DNA of 64,000 nucleotides. It comes from Desulfobacterales bacterium. Its GTDB lineage: Bacteria; Desulfobacterota; Desulfobacteria; Desulfobacterales; JAFDCJ01. The translations under genes were made by a program, and so were the position numbers. Of the stretch, positions 10,245 to 19,504 are shown in pieces (the stretch's first letter is position 1; every line of letters begins with the position of its first letter). Location of the stretch: the NCBI GenBank assembly GCA_030066155.1, contig JASJCE010000003.1, forward strand, positions 3,258-67,257. Reading direction: 5' to 3'. The notes beneath the pieces were generated by a model. It did not search any database. It had not been told where the DNA came from and saw nothing but the letters and a program-made list of their open reading frames with translations.

Positions 10245-10847
10245 ATGGTCGTCTCCGGTTCAGTGGGTTATTGACTTAATTACCTCGACCGGCTGAGTTT
10301 AGGTTTCGGGTGTCAGGTTTCAGAAAAAAAATGGGCGAAACACTGCGGAGATTCATGTTTTGCAAGAAGATTATCTGTATCTAATTTGACTGTCAAGCAA
10401 TATAACCGCATTACGAATTGAGCGTTTTTGGCTCATTTCGGATCCAAGACTCGACGAATTCTCCAACATGTTTGTGTTCTTTTTTTAGCCTCGAAATCCT
10501 TGACATCGAAAAGTAAAGATTCGGCCCCCGCAATGCACTTCAAGGCATCGATCTGCAGGTGCTTTATTAATCGAGAAAGTTGTGTTTCGAGAAATCAACG
10601 CCAATGTCAGATTCTAAACACGGTGGAGACCATCTAATGAGACATTGTCCGTCCAGGATGAATTCTAGGTTTAAAAATAAGGAAAGATCGAAACACCGGT
10701 AAGTTACTGGAAATAAACTCACAGACTGGTCTGTGTCAATAGGAACGATTTGTTTGTGTGTAAGGGGAAGTTTCCCATACGGTTGGCCAGGTTGGGTATG
10801 GACCTTGGCCCTGAAAACTGTCACGGGCGAGGAGGTATTGATTTTCG

Positions 10848-13163
10848 CTAAAACGTCGGCAGGAATCCATCGATTTCGTTCGATAAATTCCTGAAAAACG
10901 GTAACAGGGTTCCTATATCTTCCGACAGCTCACTGAAAATCTTTTCAACCTTTTCGATGATTTGACGTTTAAAGTCTTCCATTTCCTGATGATCGGTTTT
11001 ATTCTGACCGTTCTTTGTGGTTATGGTGCAGTCTGCAGCCTGTAACCATCCTGGCGCCTCATCCATATCATTGCCGTCACGACAATTGTGAAGGACCTGT
11101 AACTGTTGGACTTCGTACAGACTTCTTATCAATTCCAGTTCCTGCTGAACGCCGTCGCCTTTGAAATATTCAGGGGTCGTTTGTGGGACGATCACCAGCG
11201 TGGCGCAGGGCAGATGCCGGTACACATTGTACTCCCACCGTTGACCGGGCAATCCGCTTTTAGGAATGAGTCTTTGATCTCCCACCAGTTCGATGTTGTG
11301 ATTTTTCCACCATTCCAGGCCGTCCGACAGCAGAAGGCGTCTAATCTGGTTTTCATTGATGTGTCGATAGGAAACAAATGCTTTTACGGACCCTTTGCTG
11401 TTGATAAATTTACTAGCTTCCTTCAAAAGAGATTTGAATGAGCTGTTTTTTTTAGGATCGATCTGCTTTTTCTCAATCAGCTGCTTCCAATGCTTCAGCG
11501 AGTGTTTGATGATGAAAGGGTTGTTTGTCGCTATGCCATAGTCTGCGTAGGCTTCGACCATTCCAACTCTGCCGAACGCCTCTGAGTCCGCTTTAACGGT
11601 ATGGCATGTTTCGAAAAATTTATCCAAAGCCTCCTTGTAGGTCTTTATGGATTTGCTCTTCGGACTGAAATCGTCTTCACGGATAAGGTCGGCCGTTGTC
11701 CTGAACTCTTCCGGCAGAAATTCATCCGGATCCATGAGGATCCCGCCATTTTTCAGGGTCTGGATCAGTTCATACCTTCCCTGGGGTTTGATGATGTGAT
11801 TCAACAATTTTCTGACGAGACGCAAAAATAAAGTGTACGTTTCGTCAGATCCGTATAATAAATCCGCGCCATCCTGCATCGCATCGCCTTGTTTATCGGT
11901 TTCCTTCTGGTTATTTTCTTTTCTGATTTTGATTTCGTTGAGAATGGAAAGACGGAATTCATTGATTGCGGCACGCACTATTGGCCGGTTGTCCCCTCCA
12001 GGGCCATTTGTCTTCTCCTGATCTATCTCCTCAAATTGAGTCCATAAACTCGCGATCCTGTCAAATAACTCATCGGATGAGTCATCACGAAACCTCGCAC
12101 TCTCTTCAAACGGCAATACAAGGGGATTCGTCCCGTCAAATGCCGTTCGAAAAAGACTTTTCAGTCCTTCGATCTGCTTTTCATCGGCATCGTAGCCCAA
12201 CCCGGACAGACATGATTGCACGGAGGATTCATGCGATAGAACCGATGTTTTAATGTCGGTAACGATCCCGCGGTCTCTGTGGACCATTTCTGCAAGTTTT
12301 GGGAACTTCCAGAACAACAGACAGAGAAACAGGCTCTGAATGGCAGAATCCGGCGAGGTATAGCTGGCGTCACTGAAATATGGGCTCAGCGAAATGTACC
12401 GAAGTAATTGATCGGTGGCTTCGATGTCAGGATATTCGACACTTACGATCAGTTCCTCCCAACGGCGTTCCGATTTATCAATAGACCGTTCTTTGTTGAA
12501 TTGCGAAAAGATCTGATCTATACCGGGATCACGTTCAGCCATCTGTCGTTTGACAAGGGATATGAAATGGTCTATGCCGACTTCCGGCAGTTGAAGGATC
12601 TCATGGTTCACGGTCTCCGGTGTTCGAATCCATCTCGACCCATTCAGCGAAATAACGGACATTCCGGGTGCAAACAGAAAGCGTGTAACAATCCCGTTGA
12701 TCATGGACAGGTCATCGGAATCCTCACAATCTCCTGAAAAGATGATCTCGACGAGCGGGTTGGCGCATTTCTTGACACAATCACCGATAAACTCACGAAA
12801 AATGCCCCTCCATTCCTCTACCGGACGGCTGTGCTCCAAGTAGCGGCTCAGCTGTTTCCCCTGCTTTTTAATCCGTCCTGCGGCGCCACGGGACGCCGAT
12901 TCCCTGACAAAAGCATACGCCAAATCCTCAAGGGACGACTGCTCGTCAAAGGGGAGGGCCAAATGCCACGGTATGTGAAGCGCCGGCTTTATTTCATCCA
13001 GGATCTGTTTTGCAATGAGGTGCCGGCCGGCGCCTTTTCGACCGATGACTTCGACGCATAAGGGCGTCTTCGACAGGTCAACGGTAGTATTGGCATTTTT
13101 GTGCCAAGCGTGAATGTTGGCATCGTTATACCATTTTGTCTGCATGCTGGTTGTGTTATTCAT
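10848..13163 (-). CDS. Degenerate KAP-like P-loop NTPase with C-terminal TIR domain
   Basis: PLCVEVIGRKGAGRH (Walker A-like, K replaced by R); LLFWKFP helix; C-terminal KAFVSYRH...TPEYF..DGVQQELE TIR pattern. Confidence 0.6.
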   Translation of the reverse strand: MNNTTSMQTKWYNDANIHAWHKNANTTVDLSKTPLCVEVIGRKGAGRHLIAKQILDEIKPALHIPWHLALPFDEQSSLEDLAYAFVRESASRGAAGRIKKQGKQLSRYLEHSRPVEEWRGIFREFIGDCVKKCANPLVEIIFSGDCEDSDDLSMINGIVTRFLFAPGMSVISLNGSRWIRTPETVNHEILQLPEVGIDHFISLVKRQMAERDPGIDQIFSQFNKERSIDKSERRWEELIVSVEYPDIEATDQLLRYISLSPYFSDASYTSPDSAIQSLFLCLLFWKFPKLAEMVHRDRGIVTDIKTSVLSHESSVQSCLSGLGYDADEKQIEGLKSLFRTAFDGTNPLVLPFEESARFRDDSSDELFDRIASLWTQFEEIDQEKTNGPGGDNRPIVRAAINEFRLSILNEIKIRKENNQKETDKQGDAMQDGADLLYGSDETYTLFLRLVRKLLNHIIKPQGRYELIQTLKNGGILMDPDEFLPEEFRTTADLIREDDFSPKSKSIKTYKEALDKFFETCHTVKADSEAFGRVGMVEAYADYGIATNNPFIIKHSLKHWKQLIEKKQIDPKKNSSFKSLLKEASKFINSKGSVKAFVSYRHINENQIRRLLLSDGLEWWKNHNIELVGDQRLIPKSGLPGQRWEYNVYRHLPCATLVIVPQTTPEYFKGDGVQQELELIRSLYEVQQLQVLHNCRDGNDMDEAPGWLQAADCTITTKNGQNKTDHQEMEDFKRQIIEKVEKIFSELSEDIGTLLPFFRNLSNEIDGFLPTF

Positions 13164-13172
13164 GTTCGTATT

Positions 13173-14162
13173 CTACTTTTTTGGAGGTATCCTGAAGTGC
13201 ACAGATACCACTCTGTCTTTAGGGTTTTCCAGGGGAGTACTGGTCGAATATGAGTCACCGCCGCGAACACCGCCTGGCAGGATCAGCACCTGCCCCTCTG
13301 TAAGCTCTTGCTTTGTCGCTTTATATACGTAATCTTTCAACACATTGGTTACAAACGCCGCACGGCGGAACGAGAGATTGAAATTGGTTTCATAAGCAGA
13401 CCCGGAAACGGGCTTGCGATCGTGTCCACCGACAGCCGCCATCCAGAATCCGGGACCGAAGTCCTCAATATTATATCGCTCAACATAATCTCTGAATTTT
13501 TTGATTAGATTTTCCTTTATTACCTTGCATCTCTCTTTTATTTCACTGATTTCTTTTTCGGATTCCTCAGGATCCCCTTCCCCGCAGGCTGCATTCAAAG
13601 GGAAAGAATCGGACTTGAAACCATCAATTGTATAAGAATCCGAGTTCGCTATCGGGTTTGGGTAATTTGCCAGGATATAAATGATCTTGTAGACAGTGTC
13701 CAAGTCGATCGTGGACGGCGAATTATGGATCTTGGGCTCAGAGAAAAAAATCTCGCGTCCCGGGACATTGATCTCGCGTCCGGGGGCATCGATATCGGGA
13801 GGGGAAAAAGTGATCTGCCGTCCCGGGACATCGATTTTCTGATCGGGTACGATTACTTCGGGCCGGGGCACGTTGATCCTGAATCTGGGTGAGTCGAAGT
13901 CGATCACTTTCTCGGCCGTTTCGACTTCCAGTCCGTTCATTCTGATCACGACCGATGCCTGTGCCTTGAGAAGAAGTCCCACCCCAATCAACCCTACGAT
14001 GATCACTAACGCGTGATGCCTCATGTCTAGCGGGAGTTTTACATCGTTCCACGGTTCTTTCATATTTCGCATGCGGTGACGGATCGTCGCAACAGCCAAA
14101 TATACGACATCCGCCACAACGATCAGGAGAAGCAAGTTGGCAATGACTTCGGTTTCGTTCAT
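13173..14162 (-). CDS. 2-TM protein with 7-aa repeat stalk and C-terminal OmpA/MotB-like domain
   Basis: Two N-terminal TMs; IxVPGRE-type repeats; GGHDRKP...NFNLSFRRAAFV...DRVVSV. Confidence 0.7.
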   Translation of the reverse strand: MNETEVIANLLLLIVVADVVYLAVATIRHRMRNMKEPWNDVKLPLDMRHHALVIIVGLIGVGLLLKAQASVVIRMNGLEVETAEKVIDFDSPRFRINVPRPEVIVPDQKIDVPGRQITFSPPDIDAPGREINVPGREIFFSEPKIHNSPSTIDLDTVYKIIYILANYPNPIANSDSYTIDGFKSDSFPLNAACGEGDPEESEKEISEIKERCKVIKENLIKKFRDYVERYNIEDFGPGFWMAAVGGHDRKPVSGSAYETNFNLSFRRAAFVTNVLKDYVYKATKQELTEGQVLILPGGVRGGDSYSTSTPLENPKDRVVSVHFRIPPKK

Positions 14163-14233
14163 CGTTCTATCGCCTTAAATGCTTATGGTTTTCCATCGAT
14201 TTGCGGTCTGGAGTCTGATTTCACAAATAAATT

Positions 14234-14249
14234 ACCAATTTTCGTGCCA
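14234..14249 (-). promoter_or_regulatory. Putative sigma54 -24/-12 promoter
   Basis: TGGCACGAAAATTGGT on minus strand (one mismatch at -12), ~70 bp upstream of the ATG at 14162. Confidence 0.5.
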
Positions 14250-14347
14250 TATTGAGCGGGCTCAATTCAATCACTCATAATCATCTGTATTATAAACAGG
14301 TTGAATTGATTCTTCAGCAATTGAAAGGATGATGCAGCCGATACCTC

Positions 14348-14385
14348 TTCTGTCATATTCAACGGATCCGTTAAATATGACAGAA
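14348..14385. promoter_or_regulatory. 38-bp near-perfect palindrome, candidate operator/enhancer
   Basis: TTCTGTCATATT-C-AACGGATCCGTT-A-AATATGACAGAA. Confidence 0.55.
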
Positions 14386-14855
14386 ATATTATAGGATCAA
14401 AGCTTGAATAGTGAATAATGTTTGGCAAAATTTCTTTTTGTTGATAATTCGCTTTTCCATGAGCAGACCATGGCGTATTGAATATGAAGGAGCTTTATAT
14501 CTCCGCGAAGGACACGAACTGGGAATGTGTCAACATCCTTTGTCTGAGTTTATTCCTTCTGTAAATCATCTTTACATACCAAAGTGACTTGCCTTGACCC
14601 ATAGGATTCACGATGAGAATCCGTTCACCCATAAAAAATTGAAATTAATAGTATAAATCTGCTGATTGCTAAATTGATGCATTCTGTGGAACGATATTTG
14701 CTGAACGCTATTTTTAGGATAATAAAACCGACTCCCAGAAACTCCAAGACACCTGCCCGATTGAATCTCACTTTGAATTATCCTGTATTTGCCAATTATT
14801 TGAGAGGAGACCACCCTTCTGGTACCTTCTGTCATCCGCGAAAGGAGATTGAACC

Positions 14856-15977
14856 ATGACAAATGAAAATGAAATCAAAAATATTATCAAAGAAAGCGTA
14901 AGTGAAATTTTGGAAGAAAAATACCGTTCCCCAAAACCTAAAGTAGTCGATATTCTGGGTGTTGTGTTAACCCCGATTGTGATTGCCGCAGTCAGTTTGT
15001 TTGTCACCATTAAAATGGAGGAAACCCAGGCAGCCAACGCCAAATTGATTGCCGATTCCCAGATCGAAAGCGCCCAGAGAATGGCCGAAGCTCAGCGGGA
15101 GCACAACGCTAAACTTACCCAAGCAGAATTGGAAGTGCAGCGCCTCATCCAAATTGAAGAAGTTTTCAGTAAAGTTATCGAAAACGGATTAGATTCAGCC
15201 GATGCCCAAGCCAAAAAAGGACTGATCGAAACCAAAAAAATGCTGATTGGCTCCCTGACCGTTCACAGAGAGACCTCGCTTCCGTTTCTGGTTAGAATTC
15301 GAGATTATTTTAAGGCTTCCAAGGGAGATTTTCAAGAGTTGTCCGTTTACGCCAACAAAACCATTGCGGCGGTCCTTTCCAACAAACATCTAAATATAGG
15401 AAAGCTGGATTTTAGTATTGAAAAGGAACTGCGCATTTTGCGTTTTGCAAATCTGGTGGATTATAATTTGAACGGGGTCGTATTTGATAACTGCAATCTT
15501 TTTCAAGCTAAATTTTTAAGAAGTTCCCTTATCGGCGCCAGTTTTAAAAATGCAGATTTAGTTGGCGCGGATTTTTCGGAGACCAAGCTGGAGGGCGCTA
15601 AATTTAATGGTGCCGATTTGAAACAAGCCGAATTTACAGGCAGCAAATTAGAGAGCGTCGATTTCGAAAATGCTGTCAACCTCGAGTACGCCCGCTTTTC
15701 GCTATTCTCTATTTTGAAAACCTATGAGGATAAGAACAAAAACCCATTTAGGGAGAAGAAAGTGGACAACCATACTGTATTGGAATTACTGGTTCAACAC
15801 ATTGAAGAACTGGACAAAATAAATCCCAATAATAAGCGACTCAATGAATTTCTAAAACGATTTGACGGGATTTTTAGTTATGATGACCTCATGGAAAATC
15901 TGGAAAAACGCGAAGCGCAAAGAATGGCCTTGAAAGATTCGGAGTCCATTTTGCTTGCGGCGGCCGACCATTCCTGA
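14856..15977 (+). CDS. Membrane-anchored coiled-coil pentapeptide-repeat protein
   Basis: AAGGAG RBS; one TM; coiled coil; A(D/N)LxxA-type pentapeptide repeats (ASFKNADLVGADFSETKLEGAKFNGADL). Confidence 0.85.
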   Translation: MTNENEIKNIIKESVSEILEEKYRSPKPKVVDILGVVLTPIVIAAVSLFVTIKMEETQAANAKLIADSQIESAQRMAEAQREHNAKLTQAELEVQRLIQIEEVFSKVIENGLDSADAQAKKGLIETKKMLIGSLTVHRETSLPFLVRIRDYFKASKGDFQELSVYANKTIAAVLSNKHLNIGKLDFSIEKELRILRFANLVDYNLNGVVFDNCNLFQAKFLRSSLIGASFKNADLVGADFSETKLEGAKFNGADLKQAEFTGSKLESVDFENAVNLEYARFSLFSILKTYEDKNKNPFREKKVDNHTVLELLVQHIEELDKINPNNKRLNEFLKRFDGIFSYDDLMENLEKREAQRMALKDSESILLAAADHS

Positions 15978-16196
15978 GTCGGATTGATCCCGGTTCGGGC
16001 TGCCAATTGGGGTGGTGCCAAGAGATTGTTTTCCTGGAAATCAATTTGGCGCTTACCCCGCAATCGAGCAAAATGGACAAGGATAAAACCATTTTCCAAA
16101 ATGCTAATCTGAAATTATGACAACTCAGCCGGCTCCTTCAACGCAAATCAACAGTTCAGGAAAAAACATATTTTATGAAACAGTCAGTCGCCAAAC

Positions 16197-17483
16197 GTGA
16201 TTCAAGCACACCGCCGGCCTGTCAGAAACGAATATCCTATAATGTCCTTGCCTTTAAAAATTTATTCAACAAAACAAGATCACCACCGGGTGAGCGCGGG
16301 AATCCCGGTACACCGTGGAACCGTGCAGTATTTATTGTGTCTTGGCTATTTGGCGGTATTTTGCGGCTACAACATATGGGTCGCCAGCTTTCATAATTAT
16401 ACCGTTGAGACTTTTCATCTCAGCGCCCTGAACGTCGGTTACCTATTTTCAGCCGCGGCCCTACCAGGCAGCTTTGCTTTTTCGATCGGCGTGATCGCCA
16501 GAAAAATTAGTTTGAGCACTTTAATGGTCTTTGCCTGCAGCTCTATGGGGCTGGGGCTGATTGGAATCGGCCTGGCACCGCGCAGCTATTTACTTTGGCC
16601 CGGTGTTCTTCTCATCGGGATTGGATTTACCTGTTATTATCCAATTATCAACAGCATCTGTATCCAGCATAGCGATCGGCGGACCGTCAGTACCGCCGTC
16701 GGCCATTTAAAAAGTTATGGCCCCTTGGCGGCGTTAGTCGCTTTCTTCCTTATTGCTGCCTGTCTGCCCCGATTGGGGTATCAAAACTTTTTTGTTGTCT
16801 CGGGGGGATTTGTTGTATTGATCGGTTTTTGGGCATTGACGGATTTGCACATCAAGCCTTATGCAGACAACCCGGGCAATCTAAGATTCAAAAAGGATCT
16901 TTGGCCCTATTACGCACTTAATTTCCTGGCAGGTTGCCGGAGCGCGGGTATCAAAGCATTTGTGCTACTTTTGCTGATAAGAGAACATGGACTGTTGATG
17001 CATGAAACTGCCGCGGTTTTTTTTATCGGTAATATTTGCAGCCTCATCGGATATCGCCTGATCGGGCATTTTGCCGATCAATATCAACCGCCCAAAGTGC
17101 TATCTTTTGTGTACCTGACAGTTTCACTCATCTTTTTGGGCTTTTGTTTTATCGACTCCAGCGTGATACGGATCCTTTTGTATTTTTTTGATTCCCTACT
17201 TTTTGGCGTTTCGGTAGTAACTGACAGCCATCTGAAAAAAGTTTCGCGGCCCAAAGACACGATTGGCAACGTGGCCTGCGGTTTAACCCTTTTTAATCTC
17301 GGCAAAACGGTTTTCCCTGTGATCGGCGGAATCCTGTGGAGCCATTTTCATCAGCATGCAACCTTTCTTGTCGTCAGCGTTCTGGCGATCCTGGCTGTTT
17401 GGGTCAGCCAAAAACTGCTCGGTCCGACAGATCGGATTCGCGCACCAGAGCGACCGCCTCGATATTCGCCGGTGACAATTTAA
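16197..17483 (+). CDS. MFS transporter
   Basis: ~12 hydrophobic helices, GHFADQY loop motif; start may be 16242. Confidence 0.8.
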   Translation: MIQAHRRPVRNEYPIMSLPLKIYSTKQDHHRVSAGIPVHRGTVQYLLCLGYLAVFCGYNIWVASFHNYTVETFHLSALNVGYLFSAAALPGSFAFSIGVIARKISLSTLMVFACSSMGLGLIGIGLAPRSYLLWPGVLLIGIGFTCYYPIINSICIQHSDRRTVSTAVGHLKSYGPLAALVAFFLIAACLPRLGYQNFFVVSGGFVVLIGFWALTDLHIKPYADNPGNLRFKKDLWPYYALNFLAGCRSAGIKAFVLLLLIREHGLLMHETAAVFFIGNICSLIGYRLIGHFADQYQPPKVLSFVYLTVSLIFLGFCFIDSSVIRILLYFFDSLLFGVSVVTDSHLKKVSRPKDTIGNVACGLTLFNLGKTVFPVIGGILWSHFHQHATFLVVSVLAILAVWVSQKLLGPTDRIRAPERPPRYSPVTI

Positions 17484-17588
17484 AGTTACGCGTTCGATTA
17501 TCTAAAGGATATAATTGTTGACTGAAGTTTAAATTGCAATACTTTAAACCATACAGCGATACATTAGGAAAAAGGAGACGAACCAAGA

Positions 17589-17777
17589 ATGCCGTTGAGT
17601 CTGAGAATACCCCCGGAAAAAGAAAAGATTAAAATACCGATTAATGATGTCTGGATAGCGGCAAGCTGCATGGAAGTCGGTGGCACGTTACCGACCAGGG
17701 ATAAACATTTTAATGCAGTCGAGCAGATAGAAACGATTATCCCGGGGACAGCTTCCAAGGAGCTAAATTCGGGTTAG
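17589..17777 (+). pseudogene. Collapsed toxin-antitoxin remnant (RHH-like N-terminus joined to VapC/PIN C-terminus)
   Basis: MPLSLRIPPEKEK followed directly by IPINDVWIAA...TRDKHF; the N-terminal PIN residues are missing. Confidence 0.65.
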
Positions 17778-17800
17778 CTATTTTTGCGGAATAAAACGGA

Positions 17801-18289
17801 ATGAAGCTCTATCGACTGGAACGGACTCAAATCCTGCCCATCTCTCAAAACGAAGCATGGCAGTTCTTTTCCCAACCGCACAATTTGCCGGATATCACAC
17901 CGGCCTGGCTCGGATTCAGGATAACGAGTCCTGTGGGCGACGGCATGCATGCCGGACAGGTGATTTCATACCGCTTGAAACCCATATTCGGTATTCCGGC
18001 AAGCTGGATATCAGAAATAACACATGCTCACCAACCGGATTATTTCGTTGATGAACAGCGCTTCGGCCCCTATCGGTTCTGGCACCACCGTCATGTTTTC
18101 AAGCCGGTCGACAGCGGCACACTTATTCACGATATCGTTCACTATGCAATCGGATGGGGCATCTTCGGTCGATGGGTGCAGCATCTGCTGGTAGCACCGA
18201 GGTTGGAGCATATTTTCAATTATCGGCGTGAAAAATTAGAAATGATTTTTGGTGAAATTGAACATAAACACTCAGATCGGGTGAACTGA
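17801..18289 (+). CDS. SRPBCC (polyketide cyclase/START-like) family protein
   Basis: AWQFFSQPHNL..ITP, FVDEQRFGPYRFWHHRH. Confidence 0.88.
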   Translation: MKLYRLERTQILPISQNEAWQFFSQPHNLPDITPAWLGFRITSPVGDGMHAGQVISYRLKPIFGIPASWISEITHAHQPDYFVDEQRFGPYRFWHHRHVFKPVDSGTLIHDIVHYAIGWGIFGRWVQHLLVAPRLEHIFNYRREKLEMIFGEIEHKHSDRVN

Positions 18290-18463
18290 GCAAAGAGACG
18301 TCCAAACACCACCGGAATACGGTTATTCACTCGGCAATAACTGCAACGCACTTTTGATTGAGATGGAAATAAATCGGATAATCGACCGGACCGAATTTAA
18401 GGCGAAATATATCATCTCTTTTTCAAGTATTATTTTTTCTCCAAAGAAAATGGATATAGACCG

Positions 18464-19480
18464 GTGAATCATCGAGTAGACAGCAGCCAGACTAATAGTG
18501 ATGCGAAGATTTCGCGTCGGATTTTTCTGAAATGCACCGGAACGATCATTTTTATGCCGGCCGGTTTTTTTCAGCGAAAATGGTTTGGGTGGTTTCTGGC
18601 GCTGCTCCTTGTCGTGCAATTGCTGGCCGGGCCGCCGGCGGCTTCAAAGGACCTTTTGCTGAAGGTGGCCGATTTTACGCCACCGGGCTGGCAGATATAT
18701 GAAAGGGCCAAACAATTCACTCCGCAAAACCTCTACGAACAAATCAACGGACGTGTTTCCCTCTTTCTGGCCTATGACGTCAGGCAGTTGACGTTTGTCA
18801 GTTTCGTTCAGGACGTCGATATCGCCAGATTTGTCAATCTGAGCATCTACGATATGGGCGAGCCGACCAACGCCTTTGGGATTTTCTCCGTCGAACGCGA
18901 CCCGGAAGCGTCAACCTTGAACCTGGGCCGGGCCGCCTATCGCTCGGGCGCCAATTACTTTGTCTGGCAGGGTCGGTACTACATTCAGGTCACCGCCTCG
19001 GAGGACACGACCGAAATGCAGCACATCGGCTTGGTTCTGGCCCGCAAGGCCGCCGATTCATTGCCGGATGCCGGTGAACCGGTCTGGGGATTGACGGCCC
19101 TGCCGCCGACCGACCGGGTGCCCCTGTCCGTCCAATATTACAAGGTCAATGCCATGGGGTTGGACTTTATGCACAACACCTACACGGCCATCTACAACAA
19201 GGGCAACGCCCGGGTGACGGCCTTTTTATCCCGGCAACAATCGGCGGAATCGGCACGATCGGTTATGCTGCAGTATGCCGGGTATGCCAACCGCTATGGG
19301 AAAGGATGCGATCGCCTGAAAGGCGGTGAAGTGGAACTGGTATCCTGCGACATGGACGGCAATTTCGATGTGGTTTTCACGAAAGGCCGTCTTGTCGGCG
19401 GTGTGGCATCAGTTGCGAACCGGAGGCTGGCCGTGAAGGCGGCTATCGGAATGCGGGAACAGCTTCCCACGGGACAGTGA
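18464..19480 (+). CDS. DUF6599-like exported protein
   Basis: NLYEQING..FLAY, IYDMG..NAFGIFS motifs; start uncertain. Confidence 0.65.
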   Translation: MNHRVDSSQTNSDAKISRRIFLKCTGTIIFMPAGFFQRKWFGWFLALLLVVQLLAGPPAASKDLLLKVADFTPPGWQIYERAKQFTPQNLYEQINGRVSLFLAYDVRQLTFVSFVQDVDIARFVNLSIYDMGEPTNAFGIFSVERDPEASTLNLGRAAYRSGANYFVWQGRYYIQVTASEDTTEMQHIGLVLARKAADSLPDAGEPVWGLTALPPTDRVPLSVQYYKVNAMGLDFMHNTYTAIYNKGNARVTAFLSRQQSAESARSVMLQYAGYANRYGKGCDRLKGGEVELVSCDMDGNFDVVFTKGRLVGGVASVANRRLAVKAAIGMREQLPTGQ

Positions 19481-19504
19481 GTTGAGTGATGGTTGAAAAG
19501 GATC

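Noticed and set aside
10260-10840. Small ORFs or an IS remnant downstream of the TIR gene
   Set aside because: No coherent reading frame, terminal inverted repeats or transposase motifs recognised
13173-14162. Zorya zorB or flagellar motB assignment
   Set aside because: No MotA/ZorA partner in the locus, and a different N-terminal architecture (2 TM plus repeats)
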